This document shows positions 44,695-55,120 of a DNA stretch of 64,000 nucleotides, in pieces. Positions within the stretch are counted from its first letter, which is position 1. Each line of letters opens with the position of its first letter. Source of the DNA: an uncultured virus (IMG/VR IMGVR_UViG_3300035521_000126) (taxonomy: Duplodnaviria; Heunggongvirae; Uroviricota; Caudoviricetes). Made by a program: the position numbers and the translations under genes. Under the pieces are notes generated by a model. It searched no databases. It worked only from the letters and a program-made list of their open reading frames with translations, and was not told where the DNA came from. Location: the IMG/VR virus record IMGVR_UViG_3300035521_000126, positions 1-64,000 of that record, one strand, 5' to 3'.

Positions 44695-45444
44695 TCAAGC
44701 CAAACTCTCCTTTAGCTTAGAATATTTGTCTTTAACCTCTACTGCTTTACCACAGGACATTCCACCCTCTGTACACGTACCACATACACAATTCGGGCCA
44801 GATTTCGCGAAAATATGAGGCGCAATAGGACAAACGAGCTTTAACATTTCGTCGGCCAAATTGCGAATTTCAAGCTGTGCTCTGTTACAACAACGCATAC
44901 TAAAGAAATGATTTAATTCTCTCGCATTCATTGTTAAAACGAGAGAAGTCTGAGTGGCTTCTGGTAAAACATATCGAGCGTCTTCCTGCGCCTTTTTTTG
45001 TGCGTCTCGTTCATTCATACCGTTTTCAATATACTCACGAACGAGTTCATTTTTCAATTCTTTATAGTAGAATAACGCAGAAGCAGTAGCTTCATTAAAA
45101 ATTTCATGGGTTGTGCCATTATTTTTGATTGCTTCTGGTTCAACAAATTCAGTAGAATCCATTGATACATAACGTTGGCTACGAACACTCATACTTGCCA
45201 AACGATGTCTTGATAGCTGCGCCAAAAGCGACCTAGAAACTCCACTAATAGAAAATGTGAATACGGCCATTTCAGTAGGTGAAGCATGACCTAAATTACT
45301 CAGTCTATCAAGAAATGTCCCCACTTTTTCGTCTGTTAGTCCCTCCATAAGTTTATCAGGGTCATAAGAGGAATAACATTCCTTTGCAGCACAAGCAACA
45401 ACTTTTTCAGGTTCAGGGGTGTAAGCTAATAGTTTAACAGTCAT
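44695..45444 (-). CDS. thyX: FAD-dependent thymidylate synthase
   Basis: RHRLASMSVRSQRY ThyX motif; EDARYVLP; MNAREL. Confidence 0.93.
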   Translation of the reverse strand: MTVKLLAYTPEPEKVVACAAKECYSSYDPDKLMEGLTDEKVGTFLDRLSNLGHASPTEMAVFTFSISGVSRSLLAQLSRHRLASMSVRSQRYVSMDSTEFVEPEAIKNNGTTHEIFNEATASALFYYKELKNELVREYIENGMNERDAQKKAQEDARYVLPEATQTSLVLTMNARELNHFFSMRCCNRAQLEIRNLADEMLKLVCPIAPHIFAKSGPNCVCGTCTEGGMSCGKAVEVKDKYSKLKESLA

Positions 45445-45455
45445 ATTTTTCTCCT

Positions 45456-45674
45456 TTAAGAATTGCGACATCTAGCGTAGATTTCTTCGCATATCATATT
45501 ATATTGAGCTGTGATAATCTTGAACACCTTATCATACGGATTAATAAACTTAATCTCGTCATAATAATAGGCCATCAGAGGATAAAGGTCATCTTCTGAC
45601 ATTTCATGAATTTCTTCGTCAGTATAAATTGTATAAGTATGCTTTGTATTATTTGTATATTCGATATTATCCAT
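45456..45674 (-). CDS. Hypothetical protein
   Basis: 72-aa ORF coupled to neighbours. Confidence 0.55.
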   Translation of the reverse strand: MDNIEYTNNTKHTYTIYTDEEIHEMSEDDLYPLMAYYYDEIKFINPYDKVFKIITAQYNMICEEIYARCRNS

Positions 45675-46305
45675 CTAATTTATTCCTCTTGTTCACTTCG
45701 TTACAAGCCAATCTTAGAATTTCAATACGCTTCATATCGTCCAAAGTATTTGCCAGATACGTAATTGTTCTAGGCGTATAATTCATGTAGTCCTTCATAC
45801 ACCCTACATTAATTATATTTCCTAAGTTACAACAATCAGAATCCGCCCACATTTGAGTTCGCCACTTAGATAAATAAATATCCTCAGTCGTTACATGAAC
45901 ATGACCACAAAGCATAATTACATCAGGATTATTAGAGTGCTTATAGAGATTAATAGGATAATGACACAAAATTACACTCTTATCGCCATCTGTAATCTCC
46001 TTATAAGGTTTAATATCATTCACCCTATTTTTAATTGCAGAAGGGTAAGAATGCAAGTCATGATTACCCTGAATCAGCACCTTATTCCCATTTAGCGCAT
46101 CTAACAACCGACACCATTCAGCAATATCTTTGCTCCAACAAAAATCTCCTAAATGATAAACCGTGTCTTCATTAGAAACTACGTCATTCCAACGCTTGAT
46201 AATCTCCTGTTCCATCTCTTCTGTACCAGAAAATGGCCGAGAATCAAAGCGAATTACATTCTTGTGACCAAAATGTAAATCACTTATGTAAAAATTTTTC
46301 CCCAT
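45667..46305 (-). CDS. Calcineurin-like metallophosphoesterase
   Basis: SDLHFGH, LGDF, GNHD, CGHVH motifs. Confidence 0.88.
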   Translation of the reverse strand: MGKNFYISDLHFGHKNVIRFDSRPFSGTEEMEQEIIKRWNDVVSNEDTVYHLGDFCWSKDIAEWCRLLDALNGNKVLIQGNHDLHSYPSAIKNRVNDIKPYKEITDGDKSVILCHYPINLYKHSNNPDVIMLCGHVHVTTEDIYLSKWRTQMWADSDCCNLGNIINVGCMKDYMNYTPRTITYLANTLDDMKRIEILRLACNEVNKRNKLDG

Positions 46306-46478
46306 ATTATTCTCCCTTATTATTGTTCAAAGCTTCTTCCTCTATGCGAGAAATTGTTCCAGAAACTTTTAAGCAACAAGCTGTAATGAAAAGAACGAAT
46401 GCGATAGACCAGCCAATAATTGATGCAATTAAACTAACCATGCTCTCACCTCGTTATATAATATTTTGTCCTAATATA

Positions 46479-46507
46479 ATTATATCACAAAAGCTAAGAT
46501 TTGTCAA
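46479..46507 (-). promoter_or_regulatory. Consensus sigma-70/sigma-A promoter
   Basis: TTGACA-N17-TATAAT with extended -10 TG. Confidence 0.8.
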
Positions 46508-46539
46508 GTGCTTTTGTGATATTTTTCAAAAATATTTAA

Positions 46540-46974
46540 TTACTTTATATAGGTAGAATTTGAATTGCCCAATCCCATTCTGTGCATAGCCGTGTAATAT
46601 TCTTCCGTTTTCCCATCTTCCTCTATCTGAACACCAAGGTTCTGAGTGATTTGAGCCATAATAGCGTCGTAGATTTCCTTAGATTCAGGCGAGAGGACTT
46701 TTCTTTGCTTATTTTGAGCCTCATAAATCTGTTTCTGCAAACAGTACTCCTCTAATTCCCACAGCTTGTTCATAATCTTTTGCTTACAAATGTTTACTCC
46801 AACATTTTCATCATAATTATCAGGAAATACACTGGCACTGGAAGCGGTCAAAACAAAGCCATTTTTGAGTTTTACAGTCATTACAGTACACTTATCAAAC
46901 TCGGTAGTCCAAGTGACTTCTGCCTCATTATAGAGGGTATCAATATCATTTTGAGTAACACTATCTTTTAGCAT
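46540..46974 (-). CDS. Gp49-family (N4 gp49/Sf6 gp66-like) protein
   Basis: LKNGFVLTASSASV.P.NYDENVG..IC......LWELEEY pattern. Confidence 0.7.
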   Translation of the reverse strand: MLKDSVTQNDIDTLYNEAEVTWTTEFDKCTVMTVKLKNGFVLTASSASVFPDNYDENVGVNICKQKIMNKLWELEEYCLQKQIYEAQNKQRKVLSPESKEIYDAIMAQITQNLGVQIEEDGKTEEYYTAMHRMGLGNSNSTYIK

Positions 46975-47001
46975 ATTTATTCTCCTTTATTCTTAGGGCT
47001 A

Positions 47002-47787
47002 TTACTTGCCAGTAGAACCGAATCCACCAGTTCTTTCAGCAGTAGTATTATCGTCATCGGTCACAAAATATTGAACGAAGATTCCCTGCATATATCTATC
47101 GCCAGCATTAATTCGCACGTTATCCTTTTCTAAGTTTTCAATACGAATCTTAGCCATCATATGCCCCTCATTATCGGCATTGTAGTAATCCAATTTGTTA
47201 CCCTAAAGGCTTTTTATCCTCTAGTTCTTATGATTTCTCATAAAGTTCAGCATATATTTTCAATTCCAAAGAATTGCCGGACACTCGTGGAGAAATTATA
47301 TTTGTTCATTCTCTATGCGTTACGGTGCTTATAAACCTGTTCGATATTTTATAAGTTACCTCGGTATTACCATGTCAATTTTGATTTAGGCTTCACCGAT
47401 TTTGCCCAGTTTAGAGACGCCAATTACATATTAAAACATATATAATATGTTTTAATAAAATTAAAGTCTAGCGTCTACTAATCCTAAAGTATTTGAGAGC
47501 CGCATATAGTGCTTCATTCCAAGTCCAGACCGGGGCATTAGCAACAATGCCTTATCAGAATCCATAGTAACGCGAACGCCAGTAGGAATGGTGATTTCAG
47601 TCATGCTATCGAGTGACATACTAAAGGGTGCATAGAAGTCATATCCTGCACTACACGCAGTAGACCGAGTAGGAAGTTTCAGATTATCATAGAACTCTTT
47701 AATATCTGTTTCTGATACTTCATCACCGAAAATCTTAATATAATCCTTCTTAAACTGTTCATAAGAAACTTTTTCAAACTTAATCAT
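47002..47787 (-). CDS. dut: dUTPase, spliced (exons 47787-47470, 47190-47002; 168 aa)
   Basis: SAGYDF, PRSGLG, GLVDA|DYY (motif III restored by splicing), GDRYMQ, RTGGFGSTG. Confidence 0.92.
47191..47469 (-). ncRNA. Group I intron in dut (279 nt, no ORF)
   Basis: P1 AGACGCU|...GGCGUCU with U.G; AAUCGGUGAA/AAUACCGAGG (P4/P5); P7 GCAUA/UAUGC; terminal G before the GAT codon. Confidence 0.85.
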
Positions 47788-47788
47788 T

Positions 47789-48307
47789 TTATTCCTCCAC
47801 AAGTTCACCATTAATACCATGTAAATATCTTACAAATGATACTGCTTTTTTGTCTAATGATTCTAAATCAGAATTATTATTTAGGACAAAATCATAGTGG
47901 GCATATCCTTCGACAAATCTATCAGAATCATTGCTTATTTCGCTGTCGTTATTTGGTCTACGTACAATGAGTGTATAAGCCTTATATTTATTTACAATCC
48001 GAGAAATATCATTTGATTCACGAATATGAATAAACATAATTTCTTCTTCACTGTTTTTAAATTCTTGAATTGCTTCTTCCGTTTTCCTAAACGGAATATC
48101 ATCAAATCTAGTTAATAATTCTTTTAATCTACTAAGAAAAAGTCTGGATTTATCTGTTTTGTTTCCGTCCCATCCTGCAAATTTAGCAACTTCTTTCACA
48201 AAATCAACAGAAGAAAAATTCTTTACTTTTGCATATTTTCCGACATATTCTGCAAAAGTGTCTTTACCACTTTTAGGCAATCCGTTAATTACGATAATAA
48301 CTTTTAT
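47789..48307 (-). CDS. P-loop nucleotide kinase-like protein
   Basis: INGLPKSGKDT Walker A; AGGAGG RBS suggests an ATA start at 48307. Confidence 0.7.
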   Translation of the reverse strand: MKVIIVINGLPKSGKDTFAEYVGKYAKVKNFSSVDFVKEVAKFAGWDGNKTDKSRLFLSRLKELLTRFDDIPFRKTEEAIQEFKNSEEEIMFIHIRESNDISRIVNKYKAYTLIVRRPNNDSEISNDSDRFVEGYAHYDFVLNNNSDLESLDKKAVSFVRYLHGINGELVEE

Positions 48308-48322
48308 AAGAATCGCCTCCTT

Positions 48323-48559
48323 TTATTCCTCTACAACAATCAAATCATCATTATAGAACAACCATTTAACTTCAGAAGGGTCTTCTTCAAGTGTATATAA
48401 AACACCAGTAATCTTGCCAGAAATTTCTTCTCTTGCAGTGAATGTTTTATCTTTTGCATAGTTCAAAAATTTAATATATTTCTTAGAGAAACTTCTTTTT
48501 CTATTTAGAATCTTTCCAATATCAATTTTGACTTTCTTTCCATCAATATTCGTCTCCAT
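48323..48559 (-). CDS. Hypothetical protein
   Basis: 78-aa ORF with GGAGG RBS. Confidence 0.6.
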   Translation of the reverse strand: METNIDGKKVKIDIGKILNRKRSFSKKYIKFLNYAKDKTFTAREEISGKITGVLYTLEEDPSEVKWLFYNDDLIVVEE

Positions 48560-49310
48560 TTAATTCCTCCATTCGTTCCCTAATTCTATCCTGTGCAATA
48601 CCAAAATATGCTTCATCTAATTCAATACCAATAAAGTTTCTTTTAGTATTTAGACAAGCAATACCAGTAGAACCACTTCCCATTGTATTGTCAAGAACCG
48701 TATCGTTCTCATTTGTATACGTCCTAATAAGATATTCTAATAAGTCTATTGGCTTTTGAGTTGGATGATAGCAATTTCTGCCGTGATTTACATTAGAATA
48801 TTCCAGAACTGTTTTGGGATAGAATAATCCACCATTTGATTCGTGAACATAATTCTTTTTCTCGCCAGTTTTCTGGAATACCCCATTAGACCTGTCATGG
48901 TTATTTCTTTGAATTTTAGCACCAGTAAACTCGCCATCTGTACGCATTTGGGGATTGTACGTTGGGAGTTTCTTATAAAACACAACAATATCTTCCGTCC
49001 AATTCATAAATTGCTTTTTGGCATTAAACACATTCGTTGGGCGCGTTTTCAACCACGTCAATTTTTGTCTATACATTTCCAAATTACTTAGGATAAGATT
49101 GCTGGTAAATGGCTCAGTACCAAATAGAACAATTGCACCATTTTCTTTTATAATTCTATTATACTGTATCCACAAAGATTCAAATGGAATTATCATGTCC
49201 CATTTACATTTTGTAGTACCATATGGTAAGTCACAAAGAATCATATCAATAGAGCCATTTGGAATATCTTGCATTGCCTTTAAACAATCGTCGTTTATTA
49301 AATTAATCAT
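48543..49310 (-). CDS. N4/N6 DNA methyltransferase (beta class)
   Basis: DLPY, HPTQKP, VLDNTMGSGSTG. Confidence 0.9.
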   Translation of the reverse strand: MINLINDDCLKAMQDIPNGSIDMILCDLPYGTTKCKWDMIIPFESLWIQYNRIIKENGAIVLFGTEPFTSNLILSNLEMYRQKLTWLKTRPTNVFNAKKQFMNWTEDIVVFYKKLPTYNPQMRTDGEFTGAKIQRNNHDRSNGVFQKTGEKKNYVHESNGGLFYPKTVLEYSNVNHGRNCYHPTQKPIDLLEYLIRTYTNENDTVLDNTMGSGSTGIACLNTKRNFIGIELDEAYFGIAQDRIRERMEELNGDEY

Positions 49311-50088
49311 TGTTTAACGTCTCCATACAACTTTCAATTTTCTTTTGTGCAATATCAAAATATTCTTTATTAATTTCACAGCCAATGAAATTTCTACCAT
49401 TTAATACGGCCATTTTACCAGTTGTTCCACTTCCCATGAATGGGTCAAACACCATATCATTTGGATTGCTCCACGAAATAATATGGCCTTCCGCTAGTTT
49501 TTCTGGAAATACAGCAGGATGTTCTCCACCCTTTTCAGGTGGGATATACCACCAATTATTTCTTTTAGAAAATGGAGAAGAAGCTTTTCGCTTTTCAATC
49601 TTAAAAGTCCCATCTTTATTTCTTCTGCCAATTCCACTTTTGTCAATACCATAAGACTTATTTATTTTGTCTTTAATTAAATTTGTGGTTTTTGGCCTAC
49701 CCTTTGAGAAAACAAACATATATTCAAAATTCTGTGTATAGCATTTGTTGCTTCCAATTGCGCCGCCACCATCTTTAACCCAAATCATTGTGTCGTGTAA
49801 ATTAAACCCGCACTTCATAAAGAATAAAGCTTGTTTAAAAGAAGTTCCAGTCTCACTCCCATTAACTGTTGCATCATTTACAACCCACACAACACAGCCG
49901 CCACTTTTCGTAACTCGATAGAGTTCTTTAATAATATTTTCGCAAATTTCTGAATTAAAATACTCCAAGCTCCCATTATAATCTCTCAGATTGTCATATG
50001 GCGGCGAGGTAACTGTCAAGTCAATAAATTCATCTGGAAAAGTTTTTATTGTTTCCAAACAATCTTTGTTAATTAAATTAATCTCCAT
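49303..50088 (-). CDS. N4/N6 DNA methyltransferase (beta class, SPPY; possibly m4C)
   Basis: TSPPY, HPAVFP, FDPFMGSGTTG. Confidence 0.9.
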   Translation of the reverse strand: MEINLINKDCLETIKTFPDEFIDLTVTSPPYDNLRDYNGSLEYFNSEICENIIKELYRVTKSGGCVVWVVNDATVNGSETGTSFKQALFFMKCGFNLHDTMIWVKDGGGAIGSNKCYTQNFEYMFVFSKGRPKTTNLIKDKINKSYGIDKSGIGRRNKDGTFKIEKRKASSPFSKRNNWWYIPPEKGGEHPAVFPEKLAEGHIISWSNPNDMVFDPFMGSGTTGKMAVLNGRNFIGCEINKEYFDIAQKKIESCMETLNND

Positions 50089-50818
50089 TTAATTCCTCCA
50101 TACGCTTCTCAATTTTATCTTGGGCTATTCCAAAATAATTTTCATCAAGTTCTATTCCGATAAAATCTCTATTAGTATTCAGACAGGCAATTCCTGTATT
50201 TCCAGTTCCCATACAATTATCAAGAACGACTTCGCCCTCGTTGGTATAAGTCTTAATAAGATATTCTAAAAGGTCAACTGGCTTTTCTGTCGGATGAATC
50301 CTCATACTCGGAGGCGGCTTTTGAAATGACAAAATAGAAGAAGGATATTTCATATCGCCAACAGTCTGTACAGAAGAATAATCTCCGTAGTTATTATTAT
50401 TTTTAGGAGACTTACCAATTATCGTTCCTTTTGAATGACATGGAACGCCTTTGACTTTTTGAGGATTGTATGTCGGTTGACTCTTGTAGAACACCATAAT
50501 GTCCTCATGTTGTCTAAGAGGCTGTCTATTTGCGTTCAAGAACCCAGACTTTAATTGCTTATCCCAAATTAAATTATATCTGTGCATTTTCTCATTTGAC
50601 AGCATCATTTTCGCAGTAAATTTATCCTGTCCAAACAAAAGAATTGCTCCGTTACTTTTAATGATGCGATTATATTGTTTCCACAATTTATCAGGGTCAA
50701 TAACGGCATCCCATTTATTTCTAGTAATCCCATAAGGGAGGTCGCACAAAATCATATCAATAGATTGGTCTGGAATATTTTGCATTAATTCCAGACAATC
50801 TCCACACCACAAATTCAT
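50078..50818 (-). CDS. N4/N6 DNA methyltransferase (beta class)
   Basis: DLPY, HPTEKP, VLDNCMGTGNTG. Confidence 0.9.
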   Translation of the reverse strand: MNLWCGDCLELMQNIPDQSIDMILCDLPYGITRNKWDAVIDPDKLWKQYNRIIKSNGAILLFGQDKFTAKMMLSNEKMHRYNLIWDKQLKSGFLNANRQPLRQHEDIMVFYKSQPTYNPQKVKGVPCHSKGTIIGKSPKNNNNYGDYSSVQTVGDMKYPSSILSFQKPPPSMRIHPTEKPVDLLEYLIKTYTNEGEVVLDNCMGTGNTGIACLNTNRDFIGIELDENYFGIAQDKIEKRMEELNGD

Positions 50819-50863
50819 AACTTCCTCCTAAAATAATATTGCATAAAATTGCCATTTTGTTTG

Positions 50864-53800
50864 TCACAGAACCAACTCATAAGCATTAATATAGAAGTAG
50901 CCTTTTCTATTTTTACTCCAATTTTTAATGTTTATAATGTCATTTTCATTAAACTTTTCTTTTTTATAAACACTATATGGGACTGTATAACTCGATTTCT
51001 TACCAGAACCAATAGATTGTGCTTCTATTGCAACAGCCCACGGAGTATTGTCTTCTTTTGACTTTAAAGTTCTCTTTTCAAGAACTATGACTTTAGGTCT
51101 ATCCTCTTGTTTTCCAGTTTTAAGAGAAATATAGCCCATGTATTCTTTCTCGTCCTGAATTTTCATCTTATAATGAAAATCCGTGACATTCTGACAACGA
51201 ATATATTCTTCGCATTCTAAAAGAATATTATCACAATTCAATTTATTAAACTGTTTTTCGGTTTCATTCGCATTTCTTGCAATAATGCTATAAAGAGTTT
51301 GGTCTGTGATTTTATCCTTGTTTATTTGTTTTGAATTGCCTTGTTTGAAGAACACAAAATTATTATAAATCAGCATCAACTCTCTTGCGTTCCCAAATTC
51401 ACTAAAATAATCAAGCTTAATAAGAATCCCAAGTTGCCTTGCATCTATTCCTGTTGTTTGAACCGCCTTTAATACGTCGGTAAAATTATTAAAGGTCATA
51501 TCACGCAATTCATATAAAGCATCAGAAACGGCGGCATTCATGTATTTGATACTGCTAGTTCCTTTATAAATGCAATTAGTATCTTCATCAAAGAAATATT
51601 CAGCCTTAGAATATCTGAATTTGGGAGAATTGATTTTTATACCAATTTTTTCCGCATATTGAGTTGCATCATTTGTTTTATCAACGTCGCCATTCCACGC
51701 ATTTAAACAAGATGTTAAATATTGTAAAGGATAATAATATCGTAACCACGCACATTCGTAAGAAATACAGGAATATGAGTAGTCGTGCCCACGTCCAAAA
51801 GCATATCTTGTGGCATCCAAAATACACTGCAAAAACGGTTCAATTATTTCGTCAGATTGCTCTTGTGTCAAATTGTATTTTATTTTGGCGTTTTTTTCAA
51901 ATCCTTCTTTTATTTTAGGAAGTTGTTTTCTCGTCCCTTTCTTCTTTGCAACACACTTTCTAAGAGCATCTGATTCCAAGAATGAATATCCGCAAAATTT
52001 CTGTACAAATTCCATTTGCGTCTCTTGAAGAATTGGATAGCCCATTTCTGCCGCCAAAACATCATCTATGTCTTTTATTCCTGTTTTCCTTACATTGCCT
52101 TCGGTAACAATTGGATAGACGTTTTTACCACACGGTCGAATAAGAGCATTAATATATGCCATCAAATCAAATTTTGTCATATTTGGCACATTTTCTTTAA
52201 TTTTTGCCCAAATTTTGGGGGAGTACATTTTTGACGCAGTTCTTTGTCCATAATTACTATTCATTTGGAAAATCAAAGAAGTGTCTTCTCTTATCGAATC
52301 CCAAACATTATCATCGTCAAATGTAAGATTTCTTGGAGATATTCTTTCAATTCCAGCAAGTTTACAAGAATCATTTACAATTTGGACAGTATCTAATTGG
52401 AGAATATCTTCTTTTACGAATCCAAGCGCATCCAATTGCTTCATGTCCAAACAGCATACTTGATATGGATTTCCACTTAACATACAAGTACCAAGTTCTG
52501 TAATTATATCATGGTCTGTTACAAGAATTCCAGAGGGGTGAGTTCCTACGCTAACGATAGTGCCAATTACAATATCAACATATTTGAAAAGCTCTGGATA
52601 TTTTTCTCGCCATTCATCATCAATTACGGTTTCCTTATTTTCATCGTCATTGATTTCATGAACTGCTTTTGCAATTTCATCAACTTCTACTAACGACATA
52701 TTTAATCCACGGCCAATATCTCTAATCGCTCCGCGTAATGCAATTGTGTTAAATGTGATAATTTGTGCTGTTTGAACTTTCTCTAGTCCCAAATGACCAT
52801 CAAGCATAAATTTTTTAATTTTTTCACTTGAACTTGGAGGCCAGTCTGTATCAACATCCGGGGCTGAATATTTATCTTTATCAAGAAAACGCCAGAAATA
52901 AAAACCATACTTTAATGGATTGACATCTGTAACACCTAACATATATAAAGCAAGAGAAGAAACCGCACTACCACGTCCCGGCCCGACAAAAATTCCGTTA
53001 CTATTTGCCCACTGAATAATATAATCAATTAATAGAATATAGTCAACAGAATTAAGCGCGATAAACGTGTTAAATTCCAAATCAATTCTTTGCACGACTT
53101 CTTCCCTAGAAAATCCTTCATTCACAATTTTTTGAATTGCTTCTTCGGAATAAAGTTTGTTATAAAGAACTTCTTCTGGATTTTCATAAACTTTAGGAAA
53201 CTTAAAGGATTTATCAAGTTCAAACGGCTCAATCATATCGGCCATAACATTTGTATTCTCAATAGCAGTCAAAAAAGTTTCTTCGTCTAAAACGCCCTGT
53301 ATTCTAAAAGAAGAAACTAGCTCTTCGTATGTTTTAAATGTTAAATCCCAACCATCTTCTCCATCAAAATATACATTTTTGCCATTCTGCAATGCTTGGC
53401 GACCAATTTCATGTTCTTTGTTCAGGCAGTGCGTATCTGTTGCTGCAATTAACCGTATGCCAGTTTGTTTGCTAAGTTCATACATTTTTAAATTATATTC
53501 TTTTTGCGAATATGTATTATGATGTTGAATTTCAAGAAAACATCTGTTAGAATTATTCTTTAGAAAATCAATGAATCTCTTTTGTAATTCTTCGCTCCCT
53601 CTTCCCAAAATAGAAGCAATGCAAGCGGTACAAATAATAATATTATCACTTGTTTCAACAAGTTCGTCAAATGTAATGCGTGGATTATAATAATAATGTC
53701 CATCTTCGCGATTAAATGCGGCACTAGAAAGAGCATTTAGTTCTTTTACTCCCTCATAGTTTTTTGCAATTAAAACACAGTGATAATTGTCACGAACTTG

Positions 53801-54064
53801 TTTTGGCGTATCGCCTACATTCACAAATAATTTTTCTGTAACATAAAATTCCTGTGCATGAATATACTTCATACCAGCAGATTCTATGGCTTCTTTTTTT
53901 GCAGTCCACGACGCAATAGAACCGTGTTCTGAAAACGCGAGTGCAGTCATGCCGCATTCCTTTGCCTTTTGTATGTATTGTTCATACGTAGTAATAGAAT
54001 CAATATTTGTAACAATGTTTGACAACATTGTATGACAATGATAGACTGTGTAATTTTTGTTCAT
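50864..54064 (-). CDS. dnaE: DNA polymerase III alpha subunit (family C)
   Basis: PHP domain (HCHT, SEHG, TDTH), GPGRGSA, PDVDTD, GTHPSG. Confidence 0.92.
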   Translation of the reverse strand: MNKNYTVYHCHTMLSNIVTNIDSITTYEQYIQKAKECGMTALAFSEHGSIASWTAKKEAIESAGMKYIHAQEFYVTEKLFVNVGDTPKQVRDNYHCVLIAKNYEGVKELNALSSAAFNREDGHYYYNPRITFDELVETSDNIIICTACIASILGRGSEELQKRFIDFLKNNSNRCFLEIQHHNTYSQKEYNLKMYELSKQTGIRLIAATDTHCLNKEHEIGRQALQNGKNVYFDGEDGWDLTFKTYEELVSSFRIQGVLDEETFLTAIENTNVMADMIEPFELDKSFKFPKVYENPEEVLYNKLYSEEAIQKIVNEGFSREEVVQRIDLEFNTFIALNSVDYILLIDYIIQWANSNGIFVGPGRGSAVSSLALYMLGVTDVNPLKYGFYFWRFLDKDKYSAPDVDTDWPPSSSEKIKKFMLDGHLGLEKVQTAQIITFNTIALRGAIRDIGRGLNMSLVEVDEIAKAVHEINDDENKETVIDDEWREKYPELFKYVDIVIGTIVSVGTHPSGILVTDHDIITELGTCMLSGNPYQVCCLDMKQLDALGFVKEDILQLDTVQIVNDSCKLAGIERISPRNLTFDDDNVWDSIREDTSLIFQMNSNYGQRTASKMYSPKIWAKIKENVPNMTKFDLMAYINALIRPCGKNVYPIVTEGNVRKTGIKDIDDVLAAEMGYPILQETQMEFVQKFCGYSFLESDALRKCVAKKKGTRKQLPKIKEGFEKNAKIKYNLTQEQSDEIIEPFLQCILDATRYAFGRGHDYSYSCISYECAWLRYYYPLQYLTSCLNAWNGDVDKTNDATQYAEKIGIKINSPKFRYSKAEYFFDEDTNCIYKGTSSIKYMNAAVSDALYELRDMTFNNFTDVLKAVQTTGIDARQLGILIKLDYFSEFGNARELMLIYNNFVFFKQGNSKQINKDKITDQTLYSIIARNANETEKQFNKLNCDNILLECEEYIRCQNVTDFHYKMKIQDEKEYMGYISLKTGKQEDRPKVIVLEKRTLKSKEDNTPWAVAIEAQSIGSGKKSSYTVPYSVYKKEKFNENDIINIKNWSKNRKGYFYINAYELVL

Positions 54065-55023
54065 TTCAATTTCTCCAAAATCTTATATTGCACAACATCT
54101 AAATCATTTGGGATATTTTTTAGAATAATTTGGTTTATTTTGTCACTATCTTCTCGACCAAATCCGATATATCTGATGTCTTTTCTAGGCCGACAATTTA
54201 TTCCAAATTCATTTTTTAGATATTCAACAAATAATTCTTTCTCTTCTTTTGAAAATGACGCAATACATATATCCCAAAAGTTTGATTTTGAATTATATCC
54301 ATCATCCAAAAAAAATATGGCCAATTCAAATTCATTTAAGCCAGAAATAATTTCCGATTTCGACATACTTCTAATTTCTTTCAAACAATCAAGTTCTCTT
54401 GTAGCAACTCTATATTGGTCTTGGCAAACATATTCTTTGCCGTTTATTTTTATTGTTTTACCTGTAACATATCTTGGAGTGACGTTGCACAAATTTTTTA
54501 ATATATCGTATTTCCAAAATAAATAATCTTTTTGATTAACAGCATGATTAACTATAAAAATCGGAGAATTTTCTCTTTTGTCTATATGCCCGTCTCCAAG
54601 CATAGAAGCCAAAATAAGCTCTCTTTGAGTTTCATTTAATTTAGTATTTTTCTTTATAAACCCCTTTGTGAGATGATGTTTTTCTGTACACCATTTTTCA
54701 ATTACACGGTAAGAACATCCAGCTTCTTCTGCCATTTCATGTGGATTTTTACCTTCCACTATTCTTTTTTGATAGCACCAATCATAATTTTGATATATTG
54801 CTTTATAACGAGGGTCATTTTTGGCATATGCATAGTTTAGTTCAAATCCATATTTTTCTTTGTTTCTGCTTATAAAATCAGTGTATACACCCAAGTATTT
54901 ACACAATTCTATATCTCCTGTGAAATATTTGCTATTATCATTAATCCACCGAACGAGTTCTTCGTCAATGACCCAATATCCGCATTTATCTTTAACCAAA
55001 TTGGGTTTTTCAATAGAATCCAT
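54061..55023 (-). CDS. Free-standing LAGLIDADG homing endonuclease-like protein with N-terminal HTH-like region
   Basis: LILASMLGDGHI and LAIFFLDDG motifs. Confidence 0.8.
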   Translation of the reverse strand: MDSIEKPNLVKDKCGYWVIDEELVRWINDNSKYFTGDIELCKYLGVYTDFISRNKEKYGFELNYAYAKNDPRYKAIYQNYDWCYQKRIVEGKNPHEMAEEAGCSYRVIEKWCTEKHHLTKGFIKKNTKLNETQRELILASMLGDGHIDKRENSPIFIVNHAVNQKDYLFWKYDILKNLCNVTPRYVTGKTIKINGKEYVCQDQYRVATRELDCLKEIRSMSKSEIISGLNEFELAIFFLDDGYNSKSNFWDICIASFSKEEKELFVEYLKNEFGINCRPRKDIRYIGFGREDSDKINQIILKNIPNDLDVVQYKILEKLK

Positions 55024-55053
55024 ACCGTCACCTCTATGCTATTTTACATATCT

Positions 55054-55082
55054 ATTATAACACAAAAATCCGCTTTTGTCAA
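55054..55082 (-). promoter_or_regulatory. Consensus promoter overlapping a terminator hairpin
   Basis: TTGACA-N17-TATAAT; the -35 lies across the loop of AATCCGCTT-GACAA-AAGCGGATT-TTT. Confidence 0.75.
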
Positions 55083-55120
55083 GCGGATTGGGAAAATTTT
55101 TATATTATTTTTTATTAGAA

